Positions 24,611 through 37,244 of a stretch of 64,000 bases of DNA are shown here, piece by piece. Below the pieces are notes generated by a model, which saw nothing but the letters and a program-made list of their open reading frames with translations, was not told the origin of the DNA and ran no database searches. The position numbers were made by a program, and so were the translations under genes. Source of the DNA: Mobula hypostoma (taxonomy: Eukaryota); assembly GCF_963921235.1 (NCBI RefSeq), contig NC_086097.1, positions 122,514,001-122,578,000 of the forward strand, read 5' to 3'. The first letter of the stretch is position 1, and every line of letters begins with the position of its first letter.

Positions 24611-25294
24611 AAACAAAACAAAACAAAATGACTATACTGGCCTATCTTCCAATTGCCAATTATGTATGTGGGAGATATATTTGCAAAGGTAGGAGCCCAG
24701 CAGAGTGAAGGTGAGCTGAAAGTTTCCGATACACTTGCATTCACCTAGCAATGAATGCTTTCTGCATGTTTGCATGTGTATATCATGCGCAACGTGGGCA
24801 ACGCCATTATACATTCTGTCAATCATTCCAAGCACATGCTGGAGCTTGGAGACAATAATGTAAACAAATAGAGAAATGAAAGTTGTGATTTGCACACTTT
24901 CTGACTAAACTAATGCTTTGAAAGGATAAAGGATTGATTCCGCACAGCTTGAGTAAACGCTGGTTGGTTTGCTAACCTATTTATCTGGTTGTAGGTAAAT
25001 ATACGTTGGAGGAGCTGCTGTGAAATTAGCTGAACTTAAACCATAATGTTATTTCAATAAAATATTACAACCTTTGAGCAATCCATATCACAGGTGGCTG
25101 GCACAATGGCTAGTTTACTGGACTAGAATCCAAAGATTTTAACTACCAGCTCAGAGTTGCAGATTGGAATCTCTCAATGACATGAGGGGAGCTTAAAGCT
25201 ACACACAAAGACTGATAAACAAACAATGTGCAAAAGAAGACAATCTGTGAAAACATGAATAATAAATAAATAATACTGAGGACATGAGTTGTAA

Positions 25295-25753
25295 ACCATG
25301 TAGACATGGTCAAGAAGTTTAGCTGTTCAGACCAACAGACCAAGCATCAGAATAGGGGAGAGATGTGATCTAAGTAACTTATGAATAATTGTTGGTGCCT
25401 GATGGGTGATTGTATCAGAAACTGCTACCCTGCTTGGATTTTCATGCACAACAGTCCCTGGAGTTTACAGAGTGAAAAACGACAAAAACAATCAGTGTGC
25501 AGCAGTTCTGTGGACGAAAATTACTTGTTAATGAGGGAGGTCAGAGGAGAATGGCCAGACTGGTTCAAGCTGACAGGAGGGTGACGGTAACTTAAATAAC
25601 CACACGTTACTACAGTCATGTACTGAACTGCATCTCTGAACCCACAACATGTCGAACCTTGAAGTGGATGGGCTACAGAGGCAGAAAACCATGAACATAC
25701 ACTCAGTGGCCAGTTTATTAAATACCTCCTGTATAACCTGGCCATTGAGTGTA
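25295..25753 (+). mobile_element. Tc1-like non-autonomous element, 5' truncated
   Basis: Homologous to 4025-4436, including the terminal ACTCAGTGGCCA...TGGCCA.TGAGTGTA. Confidence 0.75.
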
Positions 25754-25854
25754 CATTTCTTTTTCAGAGCATCTTAATATATATATGGTGAATAAAGTTG
25801 ATCCCTGATCCTTAAAGTAGCAATGGTAATAAATTTAAAAAAAATTTAGCTCAA

Positions 25855-26536
25855 TGCAAACACGAGGAAATCTGAAGATGCTGGAATTTCAAGCAACACA
25901 AATAAAAGTTGTTGGTGAACGCAGCAGGCCAGGCAGCATCTCTAGGAAAAGTTACAGTCGAAGTTTCGGGCTGAGACCCTTCGTCAGGATTAATTGCAAG
26001 AAGAGATAGTAAGAGATTTGAAAGTGGGAGGGGGAGGGGGAGATCTGAAATGATAGGCGAAGACAGGAGAGGGAGGGATGGAGCCAAGAGCTGGACTGTT
26101 GATTGGCAAAAGGGATATGTGAGGATCATGGGACGGGAGACCTAGGGAGAAAGAAAGGGGGAGGGGCAAGCCCAGAGGATGGGCAAGGGGTATAGTGAAA
26201 GTGACAGAGGGCAAAAAAGGAGAGGGAAAAAGAATGTGTGTGTATAAATAAATAAATAACGGATGGGGTACAAAGGGGAGGTGGAGCATTAACGGAAGTT
26301 AGAGAAGTCATTGTTCACGCTATCAGGTTGGAGGCTACCCAGACGGAATATACGTTGTTCCTCCAACCTGTTGTTCCTCCTACCATTTCCGATCTCCCCT
26401 TCCCCCTCCCACTTTCAAATTTCTTACTAGCTCTTCTTTCAGTTAGTCCTGACGAAGGGTCTCGGCCCAAAACGTCAACTGTAATTCTTCCTAGAGATGC
26501 TGCCTGGCCTGCTGCGTTCACCAACAACTTTTAAAT
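25855..26536 (-). mobile_element. Penelope-like element with inverted terminal segment
   Basis: Minus-strand pLTR (25855-26366) joined to a plus-strand partial pLTR (26367-26532); 10-bp TSD TTTAGCTCAA (25845-54, 26537-46). Confidence 0.85.
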
Positions 26537-29500
26537 TTTAGCTCAAGTTTGCTTTTACACTCTATATTCACAGAACAACATTGAACTGCCTCAAAATCTC
26601 TGACCAAGATCATTATTATGGGCACTATCAGCTATAAAAGATTTAGATTGCTCTATTGTGCTGCTTGACTGTTTAAATGTAATGTGCATAGTGTTGAATC
26701 TTCCAGTGAGCTGTCTGAACTCGCTACTTACAAGTCCCTTGGAACCTACTATGGTCAGCAACTACCCTTTGCAAACACTTCCAGTGGGAACCCAGCTCCC
26801 TGTAATGGGCATTGCCAAATATCAGTGGGCAGCTCTGTCTCTGAATGGCCTTGGCAGGCAGAAAGGCCCTGCTCCCAACTCACAGGCTGTCAATTTTGTA
26901 AATAACTGGCGTCATTGTAAAATTCTACAAAAAGTAGTCAATAAATGCCGCATTTATAATCCTTATAGTTTATTCTTAAGAAAAAAATGATGACCAACGA
27001 ATGAGGCCTGCCTCAGTACGATAAAATTCAAATTCAGATTTATGTACATACAGTACATACAGTACATTGTTGGCCTTACCACTGCTGCCTGTACAGAGTT
27101 TGTACCTTGTCACTGTGACCCTCCCATATTCCAAAGGCATACGAATTAGTAGGCTCATTGGTCATCTAGGTGCAATTGGGTTACACAGGCTTGTTGGGTT
27201 GGAAGGACCTGCTAATGTGTGTAAAAATTAAATAAAGACCAACACAACCTAAGGGAGGGAAGAGTTAGAGTAGGTTAGCACAACATTATGGACTGAAGGG
27301 CCTTTACTCTGCTGTACTGTTCTACATTCTAAATCCAAGGTCAGTGTGTAGATAAAGAGGTAGGTTCTTTGATGTTAATGATAGACTTTATGAAGAATGC
27401 AGAGGGTTTAGCATGGGAGATAGAATGGAAATGGGGAATTGGATGCTAGTTGTCAGGATGGTGCCATGCTGCGACATTGGTTGATATTTTAGACACGGTC
27501 CTTCATCAGGACCTTTTTACCTGCTCTTAGACCAGTCTAACCCCACCTCACACATCACCCTCCACTTTACGGTTATCCATGTCCTGATGACGTGTCTTGG
27601 CCTGACGCATCAACTGTTTGTTCTTCTCCAGTGAAGATCAAAAGGCAGTTTGATTTAAAATCACGAATTAAATGCATTTGTTTTCAATTTCCGCCAAAAA
27701 AAAAACAAAGATAATTTATACTTTCGGATTATTGCAAAGGGTCAGTCATGGTTGAAGAAATGTACTTTAGATGAGTAATTGAGTAGGAGAATGAAAGAGG
27801 CACAAAATTCCATAATCCCACCAGCATTAATCCCAAAATCAGATTGGTCAGTTTTGAAAAATATAATGAGGTTAGTTTTTTCCTTCATAGTTGGTTGCTG
27901 CAAACTTATTTTCTCAATCAATATCCCAATCAGTAAACACATTTTAGCCCATCATTTAAATATGATAAGGGAAAATGCATGCTTTTTAATCACATGTTTG
28001 CCAGGGTATTTAAGCAATTACTTTGCAGCCTGAGTGGCAGACCCATGATAATTGTTTTAAATGCTTGAAAATTAAGATTGCTATTGATTTTAGTGGGGGT
28101 GAAGTAATGAGAATGAAGGTTATTTTGTTTCAGTGAGGAGACGACAGAGCAGTTTACAGGACGTATAACATAAAGCAATACTGCACATGTCAGGTCCTTC
28201 AGTCTACAATATTGTGCTGATCTTTGAACCTACTCTTAAGATCAATCTAACCCATCCCTCCTACATAGCTCTCAATTTTTCTATCATCCACGTGCTGATC
28301 TAAGAATTTCTTAATTGTCAAGAATTTGAGAATTTAATTTAAAAGTTGCTCAGTAATGGGCTAATGTGGAGTATGCAGTCCTGAGATGCATACACCATTA
28401 ACTTCCTTAAAAATCCACACATTGATAATCACCATCGGGAAATTCCAGATAATGGCACTTCGTGTCTGTGAAATGTCATTGGCCAAGAAGAGTATTATTT
28501 GGAATTGTATTAGTGGAATTAAAAGAGTATTAATGAAAATTTTTAAAACCCAATCGCTTAATCAGTGCATTTGTACAATCTGCATTTTCCATTCAAGAAG
28601 TACATCAAAAACTACAGAAAAGACAAATGTGGGAAAACATTTTGATGAAAAAATATTTACCTTTTTGTCATCGGGTTTTGATTACAGAATTTCGCTGAGG
28701 CCAAGTGTTTCACAAAAATCCTTGTACTTGAGTGTTCACAGTTTGGCTTTAATAAAGGAAGCACCAAACTTTATTTGTTCAGTGCTGGCAATTCCAAACA
28801 CTCTTTTATGTTTTTTGCCAATTTTCTTAAAGTGTTGCACCTAATGCTGTGCCCGTGCTACTGATGTCTCCCAGCAACACAATGCCTTGCCTGGCCCTGT
28901 CCCTTCAATCATTTCTCCTCCCAGTCCTGACCCTCATTTTCAACTGGCACTCTGCCTCATCTTGACATGCCATTCTCATCATCTCTCCAACCACTACTGA
29001 GTTTGCCTGATCCCCTCCACCTCCCAGCTCCCGCCATTTACATCCTGATCCTTCACAGTGTCCTTTATATCACCAGCCCACCACAAGCCATAACACAAAT
29101 GATTTTCATCAAGATTTTGGTAATGGCAGGAATTTGTGAACTTCAGATCATTGTGTGCACGAAATGTGCAAGGTCTACCCATTTCTCAAGACATCTTGGG
29201 TGCCATAGTTGCTAGAATTTCATTTATATATTTTTTTGTTTAGAGATATAGCATGGTAACAAGCCTTTCTGGCCCAGCTCTGCCCAATTACATCCATGAG
29301 ACTAATTAATCTACTAACCCACATGTCTTTGCGATGTGGGAGGAAACCAGAGCACCTGGAGGAGATCCCTGGGGTGAATGTACAAGCTCCTTATGGAGAG
29401 CATCAGAATTGAATGTGAATTGCTGGCATTGTCATAGAGTTATGCCAACCGCTTCCATACTCTCTTGAAAAACACTGACTGGGCGACTCGAGCCTACAGC

Positions 29501-30999
29501 CTTTGAAGTATTTGATTACACACCAGAAAAAAAACCAAATCGTTCTCCATTGTGCCGCAGAGCTGAAGATATTTTGAGAGCCATGGTTGATAGAATTTTG
29601 CCACAGTTCTAGGGGAGAATGAAATAAGTAACACATTGCAATGCCAACATAACATGCTCACAATACTCAGAAGAGCAACGCAAAACAAAACAACAGAAAA
29701 ACAAGCCTCTCTTTGAAAGAGTGGCCTCTTTGAAGGCCCAGTACAGCCATTTGCTAATTCACTTTGTCTCAATGTCAAAATACCTTGGTACAATTATTCC
29801 TTCCTTACCCTTTGAAAAGGAATCAGAATTTGATTCACCTGATTTATTTCTAAAGGGCAGCTCCAGGGTGGTGAGGTGTTGTGGTTGTTAGAGCAGTTGA
29901 AACACATTGCAATGCCAACGTAGCATGCCCACAACGCTCAGAGGAAAGCAACAACAGAAAAACAAGCTGCTTTCTTTCCTCACACCCATGGACAGATACA
30001 CACACAGTGCGCCTGATGGCTGCCAAGTTTGATGATTTAAGATCCTGTTTCTCTGCTGTATGTCTATACTCCAGGGGATAATGGCTCAAAGATCAAAGTA
30101 AATTGATTACCAAAGTAGTTATATATGTCACCATATACTTGGTGGAGATTAATTTTCTTGCAGGCATTCACAGTAGAACAAAGAAATACAACAAAATCAT
30201 TGAAAAACTACACACACAAAGACTGACAAACAACCAAAAGAAGACAAAATGTGAAAATACAAAGAAAACTGAATAATAAATAAATTATTAAATAAATAGT
30301 ATTGAGAGATTGAGTTGTAGAATCCTTGAAAGTGAGTCTAAAGGTTATGGAATCAGTTCTGTTTTGTGTGTTGCTCTGTAATGTACTTACCTTTCTATAA
30401 CAACAGATGTTTTACAGTATGCTAGGTTTAAAGAGGTTGCTTACGGCATCAGCTACACTTCTGATTGACTGAAGAAGGGTCTCAGGGAAGGGTCTTGGCC
30501 TGAAATGTTAGCTATTCATTTTCCTCCACAGATGCTGCCTGACCTGCTGAGATCCTCCAGCATTTTGTGTGTGTGTTGATTCAGATTTCCAGCATCTGCA
30601 GACTCTCTTGCTTCTTAGATTGACCAAGCTTACCTCTTCCTGGATACAGGCAGAGCAAATCTGGTCACACTGTACTGACCTTGTAGACAAGTCACTGACA
30701 GCTGAGTAATAACCATTGTCACTCTACTGATGTTGAGGACCCACCTTACAAGCAACTTTCTGAATTAGACTATAAGATAGAGGAGTAGAATTAGGCCATT
30801 CAGATGAATTCTTTCACTATGTAGCCGCACACACCTCACAGACAATTGTATTACCAAATGTTATTTACTTCAATTCCAAAATAAGTTCCTCTAATGCACA
30901 AAGTCAAGAGCTGTTAGCATGTGAAGTTATTGTATTACTGTGGGCTACTTACCTTCGTTAACTGAAGTAAATAGTATGTAGTAATACAATAACTCCATA

Positions 31000-31446
31000 G
31001 GCTATCTCAGGTGGTGAGGCGGAGATACCTCTCTGCCAAAGGAAGAGTAAGGCGCTTTTTCCCTCCACAAGCCTGGAGAACACCTGTGAGCAAGGTGTAC
31101 CACCGGCTTAGACCCTGATCAAGGTCACGTGAAGTCATGGGAGCAGGTGGTAGATGGCCGTATGAACAGCTGATGCGTATCACAAATCCTGGTTATGTGA
31201 CCACTAATGACAGACAGACAATCTCTGAAGAGTATTGATGATGGCTGGGCTCACATGTTTTGTATAGACACTGCCCAGAAGAAACCCCTTCTGTAGAAAA
31301 TTTTGCCGAGGACAAATCATAGTCGTGGATAGAGCAGCCGTGTGAAAGGAGTCTTCCCCATAGGCAACAATCCCTCACTCTGTAGACAGATGGAGGACCA
31401 TGATCACCCACCTCATACAACACGGCAGATATTGATGATGATGATT
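31000..31446 (+). mobile_element. RTE-tailed non-autonomous retroelement
   Basis: Homologous to 41295-41655 (-); (GAT)n tail. The 41 kb copy keeps GAAGGCAATGGCAAACCAC, a BovB/RTE-type 3' motif. Confidence 0.6.
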
Positions 31447-31879
31447 GTCTATCAGCTCTTGACTTTGTGTAATAGAGGAATTTATTTTTCCAAAATTATA
31501 CTTTATTGTGAAAATATACATTTGTACAATCAAGTTAAAGCATTATCTTCATTTCTTTTAAAGTACAAAGTTCAAAGCATATTTATTATCAAAGTATATA
31601 TGCGTTATACAAACTTGAGATTCATCTTCTTACAGGCAGCCACAAAACTAAGAAACACAAAAGAACTCATTAAAAAATGACCAATGAACACCCAATATGC
31701 AGAGAGAGAGTAGAAAAAAACAAGTCATGCAAACAATAAAAATAAGTAAATAGCACTTGGAGTGAGAGTGAATCCTCAGACACGAGACCTGGAACAGACC
31801 CACAGTCTCAAACTCAGTTCATCACACAGCCGAGTAAATATTTTTAAATTTTTAAACTTTAAGGTTGATAAAATCATGA

Positions 31880-32320
31880 AGTAACACAACACTGAAACAC
31901 AGGCACTTCGGCCCAACTAGAATATGCTTACTACAATACCTTCCCCGCTTGTCCCAGTTGCTTGCGTTTGGCCCATAGCACTCCAAGACCCTCTCCTCCT
32001 TGTATCTAGCCAAATGCCTCATAAATGTTGTAATTGTACCTACCTCAATCTCTTCCTCTGGCAGTTCACCTCAGGTATTCACTGCCCCCTGGGAAAAGAA
32101 GTTACCTCTCAGGTCTCATTCAAATCTCTTCCTCTTGTATCTGTGACTTCTAGATTTGGACTCTCCAGCCCTGGGAAAAAGACTATGACAGTCCATCTTA
32201 TCTATACCCATCATGATTTTATAAACTTCTATGAGTTCATCTCCCATTCTCCTGGGCTCCAAGGAATAAAGATCCAACATGACCAACATCCATCTATCAC
32301 TCAGGCCCTGCAGTCCCAGT
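31880..32320 (-). mobile_element. CR1 LINE 3' fragment
   Basis: Reverse complement of the CR1 ORF2 end and 3' UTR. Confidence 0.65.
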
Positions 32321-32665
32321 AGATTAGATTAGTTTATGAGTAGACGCAGTCCTCTTTTATTGTCATTTAGTAATGCATGCATTAAGAAATGATGCAATTT
32401 GTTCCTCCAGAATGATATCACAGAAACACAAGACAAACCAAGACTAAAAAAAACTGACAAAAAACACATAATTATAACATATAGTTGCAACAGTGCAAAG
32501 CCATACCGTAATTTGATGAAGAACAGACCATGGGCACGGTAAAAAAAAGTCTCAAGGTCTCTGGAAAGTCCCATCATCTCACGCAGACGGTTGAAGGGAG
32601 AAACTCTCCCTGCTGTGAGCTTCCAGCGCCGCAAACTTGCCGATGCCGCATCCTGGAAGCACCCT
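32321..32665 (-). mobile_element. Family X, copy 3 (5' truncated)
   Basis: Near-identical 3' 200 bp to copies 1 and 2; (ATCTA)n tail seen as AGATTAGATTAG. Confidence 0.75.
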
Positions 32666-33724
32666 TCTCTTCTCCCCTGTCCAAACTCAAGAGTATTGAA
32701 TGGCTTCCTAGTACAAAAAATGGATTATTGACCTCATAATTTATCATGTGATCTTGCACCTTATTGTCTACTTACATTGCACCTTCTCCGTAGCTGTTGG
32801 ACTTCATTCTGCATTCTTTTTTTTACCTTGATTACCTCAATACACTGTGTATTGACTTGATCTGTATACACAAAACGTTTTTCACAGTTCCTCAGTACAT
32901 GTGACAATAATAAACCAAATGCAATCACAATTCTTAATGTTTCAGCCCGAGATGTTCCTTCAGTGAAATAGCTAAGTTTATTACATTGGGCCCAGGCTCA
33001 ATGTGTCTTGTGGTGAGGAGACCCTGTACTGTGGCCTCGCACACACCATAAACCGTAGCACAGTGAGTAGAGTTACTCCCTCACATCTCCAGGGCCCTGG
33101 GTTCAATTCTGCTTTCTGGTGGAGTTTGCACATTCACCTTGTGACAGCATGGGTTTCCACTGGCGTTCCGAAAATATATGAGATAGTAGGTTAATTGACT
33201 GCCGTAAATTACCTTATCTAATGTCTTCACTGAGGACCATCACCCTGTGGGGGAAATGCCTGTGAGTTCCTGTCTCATGGTCTGGTCCGTGAAGTCCGCA
33301 TTCCGGTTCACGGTCCGGTCCGTGGACTCAGGACTCTGGGTCTTCCAGCTGTCCCTTGTTTAATCATAGGCACCTGATTCCCAGATTTGGGTTTGTAATA
33401 TAAGTAGCCTTGGGATTGAGTGTGGGCTGCTGGTTCATCTTGTCAGTCCCCCTTGGAGCAATCTGCTGATGGAAGGCTAGTAAACCATTTGTGATCTCTA
33501 GGCCTGGATGGAGGACCACTGCTTCATGGAGCCTTGTTGCCACTCATTGGAGTAGTCTTTGCGGTATGGATTTGGCTGTTTCCTGGGCCAGCTGAATGGC
33601 TGCCAGCTACTCCGAACTAGGTAGGGATCTGGCTGTTTCTGTAGTCAGCCGAGGTTGCTGGCCGAACTGAAACTCGGAGCTTCCCTGGAGCAGAGATGGA
33701 ACTGTCTGTCATTCTTTGGTGTTT

Positions 33725-33930
33725 GTCTCTTCTTGTCTTTGCCTCTGTGGGGTAAGCCAGGCTGTTTTTCCATTGCCCTGCAGGGGGATCTGTCTTGTCT
33801 TGTCCTCGCCTTTGAGGGGTAAGACAGGCCGTTTTTCCGTTGCCCTGTGGAGGGACCTGTCTTGTCTTGTCCTTGCCTCTGATGGGTAAGTCCGGCCGTT
33901 CTGCCGTTACCTGATGGAGAGACCTGTCCC
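33725..33930. repeat. ~67-bp tandem repeat, 3 copies
   Basis: TCTTGTC..TGCCT.TG..GGGTAAG.C.GGC.GTT.T.CC.TT.CC.TG units. Confidence 0.8.
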
Positions 33931-34134
33931 ACCTTGGTGTGGAGATGAAGTTTAGTCCCGGCTTGTTGTAGGATAAGTCCTGGCTCTATGTTTATGTTCT
34001 GTCCTGTCTCATGTTAGTGTTGTGTTAAAGATGAGTCCTGGCTTGTCGAAGGATAAGTCCTGGTTCTATGTTGATGTTCAGTTCCCAGTCTGTCTCTCAG
34101 CTCCAGTCTCCGAGTTATCAGCCTCCGCATTTCA

Positions 34135-34360
34135 AGATGAAGACTCCAAGCCTCAAGGATCCCAAGCCAAGCTCAAGCTCCAAGAACCCAAGCCACGAGG
34201 ATCCCAAGCCAAGCTCCAAGACCCCAAGCCTCGAGGATTCCAAGCCAAGCTGAAGACCCAAGACTCCAAGCCTCGAGGATCCCAAGCCAAGCTCAAGACC
34301 CAAGACCCCAAGCCTCGAGGATCCCAAGCCAAGCTCAAGACCCAAGACCCCAGCCTCAAG
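34135..34360. repeat. 36/42-bp minisatellite built from CCAAG/CAAG units, ~5 copies
   Basis: Unit GGATCCCAAGCCAAGCTCAAGACCCAAGACCCCAAGCCTCGA. Confidence 0.9.
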
Positions 34361-34639
34361 CACTGTCATCTCCTTACCTGGTTCCGGGGTCCGAGCCCGA
34401 GGCAAGACCCAGGTTCTGGGTCCTTGTCCAGACTCGGGCTTGGAGTCCAAGCCTTGTCTCCAGGTCCATGGTTCCTAGTCCTGGTCCCGCTTTCCCTAGC
34501 CCAAGTCTGTGTTCTTGTCCCTTCTCCTTGCCTGAATCCTGTCAAGTGTCTACCCTAGTCAAGTCCTGTTCCTTGTACTTCAGTGTCTGTGTCTTGCATT
34601 TGGGTCCGTTTCCAGCACCCCCTTGTGACATCCTGAGCT

Positions 34640-34985
34640 TCTGAGAGCAATCCCATTTGGAGCTTAGCTCCTGGTAGGGTCACCCGTGATGATAAAATCA
34701 ACGGGGAGGTTGCAGGCAAACAGTGATCCAACCAAGATCTCAACGTTGGAGCTGGAGGAAGAGGATGAAGGTGGAGGAAAGCTGCAGCCGTGAATGCAGT
34801 TGTCTTAAATTCCATACCTCTGGACCCCGAGCCAGGTCTGTCAAGGACCGTGTGGTGATTGCTTCTGCATCAGCTCTCCATGTTAAACAAAATCCATGCA
34901 CAGGCACTCTCCATGAAGAGAATAACTCCTGAGGAGAGCATCATACTTGACTCCAATGATTGTACTACTACTATTACTACTACCA
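34640..34985 (+). mobile_element. RTE/Expander-related non-autonomous element
   Basis: GCTCCTGGTAGGGTCACCC..GGGGAGGTT head and (TAC)n tail. Confidence 0.45.
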
Positions 34986-35539
34986 CCCCTGGTATGTGAG
35001 TGAATGAAGGAAGGTGGGCGGAAAATAGGTGGGAATAAAATGTGTTAGGGTGGGATTCTCAAAAAAATACTCCCATCGACCTGCACTGAGACTACAGCCC
35101 TACGTATACCTACTGTCCATGTACTAATCCAAACTTTTCTTAAACATATGCACCACTTGTGCTGGCTGCCTGTTCCACACTCTCATGACCCTCTGAGTGA
35201 AGAAGTTTCCTCTCATGTTCCCATTCAACTTTTCACTCACCTTTCACCTGTGTTGTATCTGTCTTATTTTCTCAAGTCATGAACTTTTTTCAAGTGTCCA
35301 GGTAACACTGAAAGCTGTATGCTAACTCGCACAGAGACCAGCCAGCACTGAGGAGGCACTCAGCTCTGGTACAGTGTCCAAGCTGAGCCATGGCACACTG
35401 TATTCATACCTACTGCCACAACCACATCAGCATGGCTAAGCTCACGTACCCCGAGGAACAACACGGTTCTCAGTTTAACCGATGGCTCTTCATTGCAGCT
35501 ATTTTTCATTGTTGAGTAAACTCACCTTTTCTCCTTTTA

Positions 35540-36085
35540 TATTAAAGTTGAATAAGACATTGGTGAGGCCTAATTTAGAGTATCGTATGCTGTTCTGGTT
35601 ACCTACCTACAGGAAAGATGTCAGTAAGATTGAAAGAGTGCAGATAAAATTTACAAAGATGTTGTCGGGGCTTGAGTTATAGATAAAGATTGAATAGGTT
35701 CGGACTTTACTCCCTGGAGCATAGGAGAATGAGGGTAGATTTTATATAGGTATACAAAATTATAAGGGGTATAGCAAGCAGGCTTTTCACACGGAGGTTG
35801 GGTGAGACTAGAACTAGATGTCATGGGTTAAGGGTGAAAGGTGAAATATTTAAGGGGAACTTAGGGGGGACTTTGTTCACAGAGGGTGGTGCAAGTGTAT
35901 AATGAGCTGCCTGAGGAAGTGGTGGATACAGGTTTTGTTTCAGCATTTAACAGAAGTTTGCGTAAGGACATGATAGAAGGGCTATGGAGGGCCTTGGAGA
36001 TGGCACTAGGCAAGATAATTGTTTGACATTAACTTGATGTGTTTGAAGGGCCTGTTTCTGAGCTGTACTGTTCTATGACTCTATT
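35540..36085 (+). mobile_element. CR1 LINE 3' fragment
   Basis: LNKTLVRPNLEY...YRKDVSKIERVQ.KFTKML; TTCTATGACTCTAT tail. Confidence 0.8.
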
Positions 36086-36814
36086 ATTGTCATGTTAATG
36101 AGGATTAGGGTGGATAAACAAGGCAGGCCAATATCAGATTACACAAGTGATGGTGGTTCACACATAAACCCTGCCACTTGTATGTCCAATGAAGACACAG
36201 GTAATTGCAAATCCTGAACACTGGAGCAACTCAGCAGGTCAGGTAAATACTAAGGAGGGAGGTCGACAGCCATTTCCTCCCAGGAATACTCTGTGACCTG
36301 CTGAGTTCCTCCAGCATTTTGTGTGTTGCTAAATGATGTCCAGGTTAGTTTTAAGGAAAATTGTATTGCTAAATCTATTGTATAAATTCTGGATGTTATT
36401 TACAACTCAGTTGTTGCCTGGAAACACAAGAAACTGCAGATGGTGGAATCCACAGCACCAGTCCCGGTGCAGGGTTGGGACCCCAAACATCAATAATTCC
36501 GTTCCCCCCCACCGATGCTGCATGACTCATTGAGTTCCTCCAGCAGCTCATTCACTGCTCAGTGACCTTGATGGTCAAGAGCTTTAAAGGTGTGGGTTCA
36601 AAATTCACTCCAGAAACTTGAGTACAAAATGTAGGTAGAGACTTCCCACTCAACATCAGCAAAACTCAAGAGCTGATTATTGACTACAGGAGGAAGAAAC
36701 CAGAGATTTGTGAGCCAGTTCTCAGTGACAAATTCCTTTGTGTTATAATTTCAAGTTTTATTATTTTATGAAACATCAATGCACAATCTACTTCAAGCCA
36801 GCCTGATTAATCAT

Positions 36815-37160
36815 GGTTTAGAGCACAGTGATGTATGAGGAGCGTTTGACTGCCATGGGCCTTTACTCACTGAAGTTTAAAAGATTGAAGGGAGAGCTCA
36901 TTGAAATCGATTGAATATTGAAAGGCTTAGATCGAATGGATATGCAGAGGATGTTTCTTAAATTGGTGAGTCTAGGACCAAAGGGCACAGCCTCAGATTA
37001 CAGAGATGAAGAGGAATATCTTTAACCAGAGGGTGGTGAATCTATGTAATTCATTGCCACAGATGGATGTGGAGTTTATTTAAAGTGGAGGTTGATAGGA
37101 TCTAGATTAATAAAGGTGTCAAAAGTTATGGGGAAAAGACAGGAGAATAGAGTTGAGTAA
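36815..37160 (+). mobile_element. CR1 LINE 3' fragment
   Basis: Decayed YEERL..LGLYSL.F and CAGAGGGTGGTGAATCT. Confidence 0.7.
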
Positions 37161-37244
37161 AACTTCCTAGAGCAAGTTGCTTACTTTATCTAACTATACC
37201 AGAAATGACTATTTCTGTTGTTAGAAATCTGTCTAGCCAACTAT

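Larger units (their letters stand above)
33273..34630 (+). mobile_element. Solo LTR (~1.36 kb, Gypsy-like) with internal minisatellites
   Basis: TCTCATGG (decayed TGTCACGG)...GTGACA termini with 5-bp TSD TCCTG (33268-72, 34631-35). CAGCTG, CACCTG and TATAAGTA promoter-like motifs at 33346-33405. Confidence 0.7.

Noticed and set aside
28386..28844. 152-aa ATG-initiated ORF in AT-rich unique DNA
   Set aside because: No recognisable motif; composition (Ile/Lys/Ser/Phe/Cys-rich) is what random AT-rich DNA gives; no supporting gene structure.
30385..30760. Two strong minus-strand donors (AGGTAAGT near 30385, AGGTAAG near 30629)
   Set aside because: Acceptors are weak or lie within a Penelope fragment; reading frames are closed or ambiguous.
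34135..34360. Repeat array as CRISPR
   Set aside because: No unique spacers and no cas genes; it is a tandem minisatellite inside a eukaryotic LTR.
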